Positions 18,709 to 28,092 of a stretch of DNA of 42,464 nucleotides are shown piece by piece. The DNA comes from Candidatus Bathyarchaeia archaeon. Lineage in GTDB: Archaea > Thermoproteota > Bathyarchaeia > Bathyarchaeales > Bathycorpusculaceae. Where the stretch lies: NCBI GenBank assembly GCA_050015395.1, contig JBEKBM010000027.1:1-42464 (forward strand), written 5' to 3'. Numbering within the stretch: position 1 is the stretch's first letter; each line of letters starts with the position of its first letter. Position numbers and translations under genes: made by a program. A model generated the notes under the pieces. That model ran no database searches. It saw nothing but the letters and a program-made list of their open reading frames with translations, and was not told the origin of the DNA.

Positions 18709-19884
18709 TTGAATGGGAAACCGCTCGTCAGCATAGTCAGCGCTGGCATGTCCAAATTCGGCAAGCATGATGGTTTACTTGCAAGAGAAATCTTTTCCGA
18801 AGCAGCTAAAGAAGCGTTCACTCGCTGCCCTAAACTTGACCCAAAAAACGATATTAAAGCCATGTTTATCGGGCATATGGGTGAAGCTTACGAGCATCAA
18901 GGACACATGGGAGCAGCCGTTGCTGATTGGGCGGGGCTCACTGGTATTCCAGCCACTCGGACTGAGGCGGCGTGTGCTTCTTCAGGCGCTGCATTGCGAA
19001 CGGGAATTTACGCTGTGATGTCTGGTCTTGCGGACGTGGTTTTGGTGGGCGGCGTTGAGAAAATGACGCATCGCACAACAGCTGAGGTTACAGAGTACTT
19101 GGCTATGGCGTCGGATTACCCGTTTGAACAGTGGCACGGCATCACTTTTCCCGGCTTATTCGCGATGATGGCAACCGCTCACATGCATGCGTATGGCACT
19201 ACTCAGGAGCAGATGGCGTTAGTAGCCGTCAAGAACCATTATCATGGAAGCCTAAACCCTAAAGCTCACATGCAAAAAGAAATCACCCTCGAAAACGTCA
19301 TGGCATCACGCTACGTGGCTTGGCCGCTCAAACTCTACGATTGCTCACTGATAACTGACGGCGCAAGCTGCATAATACTAACCAAGCCAGAATTCGCCTG
19401 CAAATACACCGATATGCCCGTACACATAATCGGCAGCGGACAAGCAAGTGACACCATCGGCTTATACGAACGCAAAAGCCTCACATCGCTAAACGCCACA
19501 AAGTTAGCGGCGAAAACGGCTTATGAAATGGCAAACACAAAACCACAAGACATAGATTTGGCTGAGGTGCATGATTGCTTCACATTCGCTGAATTGATGG
19601 CTTACGAAGACTTAGACTTCTGCTCCGTAGGCGAAGGCGGCAAACTGGTTGAAAGCGGCGAAACCCGCCTTGGCGGACGCCTTCCAGTTAACACGAGCGG
19701 CGGCTTAAAAGCCAAAGGTCACCCTGTCGGCGCTACAGGCACAGCGCAAGCCTACGAAATGTACCTGCAACTCACAGGGCAAGCTGGAAAACGCCAGGTA
19801 AAAGACGCGCAAGTAGGCTTAACACATAATGTTGGCGGGTCAGGAGCTACAGCGGCAGTTCACATTTACAGGAGCGACCAGTAA
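18709..19884 (+). CDS. Thiolase (archaeal/SCP2-type acetyl-CoA C-acyltransferase)
   Basis: EAACASS, GGVEKM, EVHDCF, NTSGGLKAKGHPVGATG, HNVGG. Confidence 0.92.
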   Translation: MNGKPLVSIVSAGMSKFGKHDGLLAREIFSEAAKEAFTRCPKLDPKNDIKAMFIGHMGEAYEHQGHMGAAVADWAGLTGIPATRTEAACASSGAALRTGIYAVMSGLADVVLVGGVEKMTHRTTAEVTEYLAMASDYPFEQWHGITFPGLFAMMATAHMHAYGTTQEQMALVAVKNHYHGSLNPKAHMQKEITLENVMASRYVAWPLKLYDCSLITDGASCIILTKPEFACKYTDMPVHIIGSGQASDTIGLYERKSLTSLNATKLAAKTAYEMANTKPQDIDLAEVHDCFTFAELMAYEDLDFCSVGEGGKLVESGETRLGGRLPVNTSGGLKAKGHPVGATGTAQAYEMYLQLTGQAGKRQVKDAQVGLTHNVGGSGATAAVHIYRSDQ

Positions 19885-20285
19885 TGAGCACAAAAGAACC
19901 ATTCACAATCGAGCAATTCTACAAGTTCCTGCAACAGCAGAAGCTTATGGCTGGAAAATGCCTCAAATGCGGAAAAATCCATTTGCCCCCAAGACCCTTA
20001 TGCGACAACTGCTTCTCACAAGAGTTCGAATGGGTCAGCGTTTCCGGAAGGGGCAAACTGCTCACTTACACCATCATCAATGTTGCGCCACAACAATTCC
20101 AAGCCCTAACGCCCTACGCCGTGGGCATTGTGCAGCTGGAGAACAGCAGCTTGAAAATCCCTGGAATGATACAGGGTTTAACGCAAGAGCAACTAAAGAT
20201 AGGCCTGGAGTTAACATTAGACTTCGGTTCATGCAGCACAACGCAGCAGTGGCCGCAGTGGACAAGATACTGCTTCAAACCTTGA
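19884..20285 (+). CDS. DUF35 Zn-ribbon/OB-fold thiolase partner
   Basis: C..CG....PPR..C..C, G.G.LLTYT, PYAVGIV; 1-nt overlap with thiolase stop. Confidence 0.9.
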   Translation: MSTKEPFTIEQFYKFLQQQKLMAGKCLKCGKIHLPPRPLCDNCFSQEFEWVSVSGRGKLLTYTIINVAPQQFQALTPYAVGIVQLENSSLKIPGMIQGLTQEQLKIGLELTLDFGSCSTTQQWPQWTRYCFKP

Positions 20286-20348
20286 CACTTTAAGCGAAAA
20301 TAAATAAGGGCTTATTCTGCTTGAAAGTTTAAAAAAAAGGTGAGTTTC

Positions 20349-20423
20349 CTACTCAACGATTGAAAATAAAACCCGTAATTCAGGAAGAGAGGGGGAAATA
20401 CGTTCCAACCATTTCATAGGCAT
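20349..20423 (-). CDS. Candidate 24-aa micro-protein with own promoter, SD and T-tract terminator
   Basis: MPMKWLERISPSLPELRVLFSIVE; ggtgagg before ATG; gaaaatttata box upstream; T8 run after the stop. Confidence 0.5.
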   Translation of the reverse strand: MPMKWLERISPSLPELRVLFSIVE

Positions 20424-20581
20424 TCCTCACCTACCAAGTTAATGCTTGCTTGTTTGATATAAATTTTCACCTAACCAAAACTTTTTTTGCTTAAAATTAT
20501 CGCCACGTTTTTTATTATGACACGGAGAAAAGCTTTATTGGCAATTGAATAACTAGGCTTCACTTAGAAGCTGAATAAACG

Positions 20582-21202
20582 GTGAACGAAAAAGCTAAGT
20601 TTTGTCTTGTTTCATGCAGCGTCTTAAGAGAGGAACTTGAGCAACTGGTTAAGCAGGGAAGCCTTGATGCAGAGTTAGTTTTTGTCAGCAAATACTTCCA
20701 TGTAGATTACGAAGCGCTGGAGAAAAACCTGCGTAAAGTTCTAGAACATACCCTCAAGTGTTTCAGTGGCAAAGTGGTGCTGGTTTATGGGGACCTCTGC
20801 CTTGGCCAAAACGATGAGATGAAAAAGTTAGCTGAAGAGTATGGGGTGGTCAAGGTTGATGCGGTTAACTGTATTGACTGCCAACTCGGCGGCAAAGGAA
20901 AATTCTTAGAGGCTGATCCTGAGCATAATCTCATGTTTATGGGTCCAGGAATGATCGAATTTTTCAAGCACATGAAGGAAAGAATGCTAAAGGAAGGGGT
21001 TGATGAGGCAGCCTTTGCTAACATGTTCAGCGGCATCAAAGGCATTGTGCTTCTAGATACTTGTGGGAACGCTGAAAAGTGCCGGGGCGAGTTGGAAAAG
21101 TCGGGCATGGGACTTCCAATTCTTGAAACAAGAGAAATAGGTCTTGAAAACGTTAAGCGAGTAATTTTTGATGCAATTGAACGTGCAACTAGAGCCAACT
21201 GA
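20582..21202 (+). CDS. DUF1638 family protein
   Basis: SC.VL..E, S...H......L...L, LVYG..C, VNCIDC.LGG motifs. Confidence 0.75.
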   Translation: MNEKAKFCLVSCSVLREELEQLVKQGSLDAELVFVSKYFHVDYEALEKNLRKVLEHTLKCFSGKVVLVYGDLCLGQNDEMKKLAEEYGVVKVDAVNCIDCQLGGKGKFLEADPEHNLMFMGPGMIEFFKHMKERMLKEGVDEAAFANMFSGIKGIVLLDTCGNAEKCRGELEKSGMGLPILETREIGLENVKRVIFDAIERATRAN

Positions 21203-21316
21203 CTCTTTTAACGCTCGAAAGTTAAGTAATTGATTGCTTGAACATCTTGGATTAACCGCAAATATTAAAGATGCATCCGCACTATAATGCAGACTATTAC
21301 GTGTGGATGTGGTTTG

Positions 21317-24300
21317 ATGACGCAAACGGTTACCTCCCAGCCTATGAAGAGAGTTGAAGATTGGAAGTCTCGATTAATCGACCTTTCAAAAAGAAACAAC
21401 CTCCTATATTTCCATAGGGCAAAGCGTGGAAGCCTGCCTATTTCTCAACCTGGCATGCAAGCAATTTTCAATGCTCTCGTGTTGAAGAAGCGTCGTTTAG
21501 AATTCTGGTTGCCTCCGGAAGAAACAAAAAAGCCTGAAAAGCCAGAGAATGCAAAAGGCAAAGTTAAAGCTAAAATGGCCAAAACCAACGTAAAAGCTGA
21601 TGTTAAAGCAGCAGATGTGCCGGAGGAACCAAAGCAGCGCCCCCCGGCAAATCAACTGGTCAGCGGAAGCTTAACTCGTGTCGACCTTGAAAGAAACCTC
21701 AAAGGCTTGCAGTGGCGCTCACTTCTCGATTACCGAGAACGCGGCGTTCGCATTCTGCACGCTGCTTTTGGCACCTTAAACTGGGTAGACTTGGAAACAA
21801 AAGAAAAAGTTCAGTCGCCCCTGATTCTTGTACCTTTAGAGTTAACAAGAGATTCTATACGAAAACCCTACGCGATCGCAGTGCCGCCAGTTGAGGAAGA
21901 GGCTGTTTTAAACCCTGCATTGCAAGTTAAACTGAAAAACGACTACAAAATTGACCTGCCGCCTTTGCCTGAAGAATGGGAAAACCAAAACTTAGCAGAC
22001 TACTTCAACTTGGTCAACCAAGCAGTTGCTGAAATGGGCTGGAAAGCAGAGTCATCAGTTGACCTGGGGCTTTTTTCATTCCAAAAACTCGTTATCTACA
22101 AAGACCTTGAAGCGAACGCTGATTTAGTTACACAGCACCCGATAATTCGAGCAATCGCCGGCATAAAAGAAGACAACCTCATCTTAGACGGCTTGCCGGA
22201 CGAGAAAGACGTAGACAAAATCGAGCTTCCAGAGAAAACCTATCAGGTCCTCGACGCAGACAGCAGCCAACGAGTCTCAATCGAATACGCCCTGCGTGGA
22301 CAAAGCTTCGTCATGAAAGGCCCACCCGGGACAGGAAAGAGTCAAACCATCGCAAACATAATCGCAGAATGCATCGCCAACGGAAAATCCGTGCTTTTCG
22401 TCAGCGACAAAATGGCCGCCCTCGAAGTGGTCTATAAGCGGTTAAGCGAGGTTGGTTTAGCGCATTTCTGCCTTGAACTTCACAGCAGCAAAGCGAACAA
22501 GCAGCAAGTTGTAGCCGAGCTCAAACGCAGCCTCGACGAAAACCTTGTCCCCCGTAAACTGCCGTCGGCTCATGAATTCGAGCGGATGACTGAGTACCGT
22601 GAAGCATTAAACGGTTACGTTACCGCGTTGCATGAGAAACGCCCGTACTTGCAGAGAAGCGTCTACGAAGTTTTAAGCTTAATTTCAAGCCTTGAGCGGG
22701 TTCCCTTTGTTCCTGTAGGCTTAACTGAACTGGGAACGTTGACTCCTCAGAAAATGCATGAGCTTGAAGAGCTTGTTTCTCAACTAAGCAAGGTTTGGCA
22801 AGTTATAGAAGAACCAGACTTCCCATGGCTAGGATACCGCGCTAACACCTATAATCTTGAAATTCGCTCTGAAGTGTTAACGGCGCTTGAAAACATTAAC
22901 GAAACATTACACGACCTACAGCTAGAAACCGAAGATTTTTCCGCCAAACTTGGAGTGTTTCCGCCTGAAACGTTTGCTCGGATAAAGTGGCTAATTGAAG
23001 TAAGCAAGTTCCTCTATGAAACCCCCAAGCCAGAAGCATACTGGCTAACCAACCCAGACATTGACAAACTCATAAGCGAAGCAAAAACTTACAATGACAC
23101 CTGCATCTGGATTAAGAACACGCGCGCCAGCCTCATGGAGCGCTATAACCCGTCCTTGTTCGACTTGGCCCTCAACAGGTCAGCGGAAATGAAACAGCAG
23201 CTTGACGCGCTTGGCAAGATGTTGCCAGCGGTAGGGTTGGAAGAAGGCGAATTTTTACAGAAACGAGAGAAACTCTTAGCCTTCGTAAAGAACACTCAGT
23301 TAGCCTCAAGGAAGTGGCGTGAAAACTCTCAAGCGCTCGCCCCAATGCTGGGATTAGATAGCGATGGCTTGACTATTAAGCAACTAAAAGAATTGTCCAG
23401 AATGGCACTGTTATGCTTCGCAGAGGACAAGCCTGAGCCGCAATGGTTTGATTCAGCATATTTTGAGCAAGTTCAAGAAATTGTGTCAAAAGCAAAACGG
23501 CTCTACCAAGACCACAACTTGCTAAAAAGCAGGTTAGACGAAACTTACAGCGACGGAATCTACGCCTTAGACCTTGACGAGCTCATAAGAAGATACAGTG
23601 GACCATACCAGAGCTCGCTAAAAATGTTCAATTCAACTTATCGTAGCGACCAAAAACAAATCGCCAGATTAACTAACGACGGCAAAGTTCCAAAAACCGT
23701 ACTAAGTGACCTAATTGATGCTAGAAAAGTCAAAAAGCTACATGCCCAGATTGAGGAGTCAGCTGAAACAGTCCGCAGCTTGCTTGGGCACTTCTACCGT
23801 AAATCCAGAACAGACTTCCAAGGCGCAGAAAAAGCCATGGAATTAACAGCTGAAATCCGCAAGCTGTCATGGGCAACACAAATCCCCGAAAACCTCCTCA
23901 AACTAATCACTAACACTTCCAGTCCTTCACCCATGATTAAGAATTTAGGCTTAGAACTTCAGGGGTCAGTTGATAGGTGGGAGCAGCTTGGCAAAGACTT
24001 AGAACAGCTCATACCTGCAAGCATGCCTAAATCCGCTGCGGCTATCACTCAGACGCCGTTGCCACTGCTTGAGGAATGGGCGACCGAAACAGAAAAACAA
24101 CTAAACCCACTGTGCGCACTGACAAAAGAGACACTAACAACATGCAAGCAAGAACCTCAGAACTATAAGCAGCTTGTGGGAGACCTCAAAACTGCTGAAG
24201 ACATAAGAAAGAAAGAAGCCGCCATAATAGGCGAAAAAGCCCAACTTCAAGCAAAATTCGGCGCACGCTTCAATGAGCTGGAAACAAACTGGCAAGACAT

Positions 24301-26986
24301 CCTAACTGTTCTTGAATGGGCAAAGAAAGTTCAAGCAGCTTTCCTTGACATCCCAGTTCCACAAGCTTTTGCACAGATTGCTGCTCAAGGACCAACCGCT
24401 GCACCATCAAACACAGAACTAAACCAAAAATACGACGCTTCATTGAAGATTCTGTCTGATTTTGAAGCTCGCTTTGAAACAGAAATGAAGTATCAAAACC
24501 AGAAGCTAAAGGAATTAGAAATCAAAGTAATCGGCGAACGAATCAAAGCGCTTCGAGAACGCGTTGATGACCTGCAAGTTTGGATTGACTTCAAAGACAT
24601 CAAAAACCGCTTTGCCCTCAGAGGCTTAGACCAGTTCTTCAACCGTTTGGCAGAGCAGCGGATTCCGGCAGCCGACCTAGTTGATGTTTTCCGCAGAGGC
24701 GTCTACCAAGAATGGATAAACAACCTCTACAACGAAGACCAGAAGCTGGGCAGGTTCAGAAGGGAGAACCATGAGCAGTTAATCGCTGACTTCAGAAAAC
24801 TAGACCAAGACCTCATTAAGCTAACATCCAGCATGGTTATTGAACAGGCAAACAGCCGAAAACCCCAAGACATACTGGTTCAAGCAGCCGACTCCGAAGC
24901 CAATATTCTTCTCAAGGAAGCCGCGAAGAAGAGGCAGCTAATGCCGATTCGCACGTTACTGCAAAAGATTCCTAACCTGCTTGTTAAGCTAAAGCCTTGC
25001 TTGCTGATGAGTCCCATAACCGTGAGCCAGTTCCTGCCTCCTGAAAGCAACAAGTTTGACCTGGTCTTGTTTGATGAGGCATCGCAGATTGTGCCTGAAG
25101 ACGCCATCGGCTCAATTTACCGTGGAAAAACGTTGGTTGTTGCAGGTGATAACAAGCAGTTGCCGCCCACATCGTTCTTCCAGAAAAACCTAATTGACGA
25201 TGTTGACTGGGACGAGTTAAGCGACGAGGACGTTGAAGTCTTCGACAGCATACTAGACGAGTGCTTAGGCATTGGGTTACCCGTTAAAACTTTGAAGTGG
25301 CATTACCGTAGCAGGCATGAAGGCTTAATTGCGTTCTCAAACCACCGTTTCTACGATGATACACTGATAACTTTCCCAGCGGCAAAAGCCCAAACCGACA
25401 GCTTAGGCGTAAAACTAGTCTACGTTCCTGACGGCATCTATGACCGCGGCGGCAAAAGAAACAACCCAACAGAAGCCGAAAAAGTGGCAGACCTCGTTTT
25501 CGAACATTTCCGCCTATACCCGAAGAAAACCTTAGGCGTTGTAACCTTCAGCATAGCACAAATGGAAACCGTTGAAGACGCTATAGACCGCCGACTCAAA
25601 GAGCAACCTGACTTCGAGCCGTTCTTTAAAGAAGACCGAATGGAAGGCTTTTTCGTCAAGAACTTAGAGAACGTTCAAGGCGACGAACGGGACGTTATAT
25701 TCTTCAGCGTCGGCTACGGTTACGACCAGCAGAAGCAGATGACAATGAACTTTGGTCCATTAAACAAGCCTGGCGGCGAAAGACGCTTAAACGTTGCAGT
25801 CACCCGTGCCCGCGAAAAAGTAGTAATAATCACATCGATTAAAGCTACTGATATTGACGCTGAAACTAAAGCAGTCGGCGTGCAAACCCTACGCTACTAC
25901 CTTGACTATGCAGAGCATGGGCCTGAAACGTTGGAGTCAGTTAAGTCTAGAGAAGGCGAGTTCGAGTCAGCCTTAGACGAAGATGTGGCAGCGGAAATAA
26001 AAAAGATGGGCTATGAAATAGTTCCGCAAGTCGGCTGTAGCGGTTACAGAATAGACATTGGCGTGGTCGACCCAGTTAACCCTGGAAGCTTCCTGCTAGG
26101 CGTAGAATGCGACGGCGCCACATACAAATCCAGCAGCAACGCACGAGACAGAGACCGCCTCCGCGAGCAGGTACTTAGACAGTTAGGATGGCGTATTCAC
26201 CGTATTTGGTCTCCAGCGTGGGTTGCAAGACGCGACTCTGAAATCCGACGGCTAAAAGAAGCGCTTGAACAAGCCAATAAGCAGCAGCTTGAAAAAGACA
26301 CGCAAAAACCGGTCATTGACGTTAAAGAGAGTATGGCGCCAAAGACTGATGTTCAAAAGATTCAGTTTGCAGGCATCGAAAAAATTGGCCAACCATACAA
26401 AATTTACCCGCTTAAGGCAGCATTCAATCCATACGTTAAAGTTACAACAGCATCCAACTACACGTATAATTCCCGTCAGAAAAATGAGTTTTATTTTCCA
26501 GAAAACAGAGAAATGCAAACAAAACTTCTCGCCGAGCTTGTGGAAAAGGAGGGTCCGGTTCACTTTGATTATGCTGTTGAACGTTTAGCAGCCGCATGGG
26601 GCGTCAAACAGGTAACGCCGCAGATAATTCATGCTGTAAAAGAAGCACTCAGCAACTTGCTAAGAGAACAAAAAGTAGTGATCAAAGGCAGTTTCCTTTG
26701 GCCGCCTGAACTCAAAGAAACACCAATCCGCGTTCCAGTGCAAGGTATTCCTGAATCCAAGCGGAAACCTGAGTATATTGCGCCTGAAGAAGTTGAATCC
26801 GCTATGAAGCTGGTTGCTCAGTATGCTTTAGGCATAAGTGAAGATTCATTGATTGCTGAAACTGCAAAAGTGTTTGGGGTTAACCATTCTGGCGAAGGCG
26901 TTAAAGAGGTGTTCTCTGAAATACTGAAGCGGCTGGTAAGAGACAGAAAACTCGTCTGCAAAGACGACGTCGTTACCGCTGCTTAA
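21317..26986 (+). CDS. DUF4011 + SF1 (Upf1/DNA2-like) helicase + Vsr-like PD-(D/E)xK nuclease + DUF3320-like protein (Hhe-type defence-like)
   Basis: WK.RLIDLSKRNNLL; DADSSQ, GPPGTGKSQTI, LMSP, FDEASQ, GD.KQLPP, HYRSR, ENVQGDERD, RRLNVAVTRAR; YRIDIGV..GVECDG..RDR.R..VL..LGW; likely start ATG 21317. Confidence 0.9.
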   Translation: MTQTVTSQPMKRVEDWKSRLIDLSKRNNLLYFHRAKRGSLPISQPGMQAIFNALVLKKRRLEFWLPPEETKKPEKPENAKGKVKAKMAKTNVKADVKAADVPEEPKQRPPANQLVSGSLTRVDLERNLKGLQWRSLLDYRERGVRILHAAFGTLNWVDLETKEKVQSPLILVPLELTRDSIRKPYAIAVPPVEEEAVLNPALQVKLKNDYKIDLPPLPEEWENQNLADYFNLVNQAVAEMGWKAESSVDLGLFSFQKLVIYKDLEANADLVTQHPIIRAIAGIKEDNLILDGLPDEKDVDKIELPEKTYQVLDADSSQRVSIEYALRGQSFVMKGPPGTGKSQTIANIIAECIANGKSVLFVSDKMAALEVVYKRLSEVGLAHFCLELHSSKANKQQVVAELKRSLDENLVPRKLPSAHEFERMTEYREALNGYVTALHEKRPYLQRSVYEVLSLISSLERVPFVPVGLTELGTLTPQKMHELEELVSQLSKVWQVIEEPDFPWLGYRANTYNLEIRSEVLTALENINETLHDLQLETEDFSAKLGVFPPETFARIKWLIEVSKFLYETPKPEAYWLTNPDIDKLISEAKTYNDTCIWIKNTRASLMERYNPSLFDLALNRSAEMKQQLDALGKMLPAVGLEEGEFLQKREKLLAFVKNTQLASRKWRENSQALAPMLGLDSDGLTIKQLKELSRMALLCFAEDKPEPQWFDSAYFEQVQEIVSKAKRLYQDHNLLKSRLDETYSDGIYALDLDELIRRYSGPYQSSLKMFNSTYRSDQKQIARLTNDGKVPKTVLSDLIDARKVKKLHAQIEESAETVRSLLGHFYRKSRTDFQGAEKAMELTAEIRKLSWATQIPENLLKLITNTSSPSPMIKNLGLELQGSVDRWEQLGKDLEQLIPASMPKSAAAITQTPLPLLEEWATETEKQLNPLCALTKETLTTCKQEPQNYKQLVGDLKTAEDIRKKEAAIIGEKAQLQAKFGARFNELETNWQDILTVLEWAKKVQAAFLDIPVPQAFAQIAAQGPTAAPSNTELNQKYDASLKILSDFEARFETEMKYQNQKLKELEIKVIGERIKALRERVDDLQVWIDFKDIKNRFALRGLDQFFNRLAEQRIPAADLVDVFRRGVYQEWINNLYNEDQKLGRFRRENHEQLIADFRKLDQDLIKLTSSMVIEQANSRKPQDILVQAADSEANILLKEAAKKRQLMPIRTLLQKIPNLLVKLKPCLLMSPITVSQFLPPESNKFDLVLFDEASQIVPEDAIGSIYRGKTLVVAGDNKQLPPTSFFQKNLIDDVDWDELSDEDVEVFDSILDECLGIGLPVKTLKWHYRSRHEGLIAFSNHRFYDDTLITFPAAKAQTDSLGVKLVYVPDGIYDRGGKRNNPTEAEKVADLVFEHFRLYPKKTLGVVTFSIAQMETVEDAIDRRLKEQPDFEPFFKEDRMEGFFVKNLENVQGDERDVIFFSVGYGYDQQKQMTMNFGPLNKPGGERRLNVAVTRAREKVVIITSIKATDIDAETKAVGVQTLRYYLDYAEHGPETLESVKSREGEFESALDEDVAAEIKKMGYEIVPQVGCSGYRIDIGVVDPVNPGSFLLGVECDGATYKSSSNARDRDRLREQVLRQLGWRIHRIWSPAWVARRDSEIRRLKEALEQANKQQLEKDTQKPVIDVKESMAPKTDVQKIQFAGIEKIGQPYKIYPLKAAFNPYVKVTTASNYTYNSRQKNEFYFPENREMQTKLLAELVEKEGPVHFDYAVERLAAAWGVKQVTPQIIHAVKEALSNLLREQKVVIKGSFLWPPELKETPIRVPVQGIPESKRKPEYIAPEEVESAMKLVAQYALGISEDSLIAETAKVFGVNHSGEGVKEVFSEILKRLVRDRKLVCKDDVVTAA

Positions 26987-27002
26987 CCCTTTTTGGCTAT
27001 AA

Positions 27003-27025
27003 GCAGGTTCGTGACCTGCCTTTTT
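27003..27025 (+). terminator. Hairpin plus T-tract terminator after the helicase gene
   Basis: gcaggt-tcgtg-acctgc followed by cttttt. Confidence 0.65.
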
Positions 27026-27085
27026 ACTCTATTTTTTAGTGTTAAAAATAGTGGGATGAAGGGTCGGCTGCTTTTGTTAGGATGC

Positions 27086-27187
27086 TTTTTGTGGTTGTTT
27101 TTTTGTCACAAATAGTAGGGTAGGTCTACGGGTGGCGGTTTTGGGTCAGGGCTTGTTTTGGGTTGCTTTTTTGGTTTAGGGCTTGAA
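27086..27187 (-). repeat. Dispersed ~100-bp non-coding repeat, copy 2 (inverted relative to copy 1)
   Basis: Reverse complement aligns with 12901-13002. Confidence 0.85.
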
Positions 27188-27319
27188 TTGGCTTCAGGTT
27201 AAACTGAAAATTTGGAAAAAAGAATAAAACGGATTGGAAACTTGCCTAAGCGAACGTATGCAAGGGCAAGCTGGAGAATTTATGAAAACGGGCACGCTGA
27301 TTGGCGATAAACGGGTGGT

Positions 27320-28003
27320 TTAAGTCTTATTTAATTCTTTAATAAGAACGGGCAAATCGTTTAATGAAGTTATAATGTAGTTTGCGCCATTATTCATCAA
27401 CTGCTCCATTGTGGACATGCCAGTTGGCAAACCTACCGCTATGGCTTTCAGTTTCTTGGCACTTTGCATGTCCACGACGCTGTCTCCAACTATTACAGCG
27501 GTTTGCAGGCTTGCGCCTAACGCTTTAAGTGCAACTTCAAACTGTTCCGTATTCGGTTTAACGTATTTCACCTTGTTCCTGGCAACCACAATTTGGAAGT
27601 AATCTTCTATCTTGAAGCGTTGAAGAATATAATTTGCCGCTTTCTCACTGCTGGTTGTGCACAAACCCATTTTCAGGTTAATACGCTTTAACTCCTTGAG
27701 CGTTTCATTGGCTCCCGGCAGCAAACTTGTGGTTGAGGCGGCTTCCATCTCGTATTTCTCAGCGATAGCCAAAGCTTGACTGCGAATTTCCTCAAATGCT
27801 TCAGAAGGTTTACCGTTGTTTTTAACGAAAATCTCAGATTTTATCAGCATTTCAAAAATGCTTTCATTAACACTCAGAACGGAGGCGGGAACACCTATTC
27901 TCATTAGGTAACTTCTGACTTCAGCGCGAAGAGTTTTGAAATCCAAGTTGAAATTGGCAAGTGTTCCGTCTAAATCGAATATTACTGCTTCAACGATCAC
28001 CAT
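27320..28003 (-). CDS. HAD-superfamily phosphatase (phosphoglycolate phosphatase-like)
   Basis: FDLDGTL, TTS, KP, VGDS..D motifs. Confidence 0.9.
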   Translation of the reverse strand: MVIVEAVIFDLDGTLANFNLDFKTLRAEVRSYLMRIGVPASVLSVNESIFEMLIKSEIFVKNNGKPSEAFEEIRSQALAIAEKYEMEAASTTSLLPGANETLKELKRINLKMGLCTTSSEKAANYILQRFKIEDYFQIVVARNKVKYVKPNTEQFEVALKALGASLQTAVIVGDSVVDMQSAKKLKAIAVGLPTGMSTMEQLMNNGANYIITSLNDLPVLIKELNKT

Positions 28004-28092
28004 TATTAGCTCCGTTATCTATCAGCGAAACTGGGGTTAACACTAACTCTAATAGAAATATACTTTGCGGTAAACGTTGCTCGTAGGAGTAC

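Noticed and set aside
12901-27187. 14-kb composite transposon or invertible segment bounded by the inverted repeats
   Set aside because: Copies are diverged, the interior is housekeeping genes and no recombinase or target duplication is present
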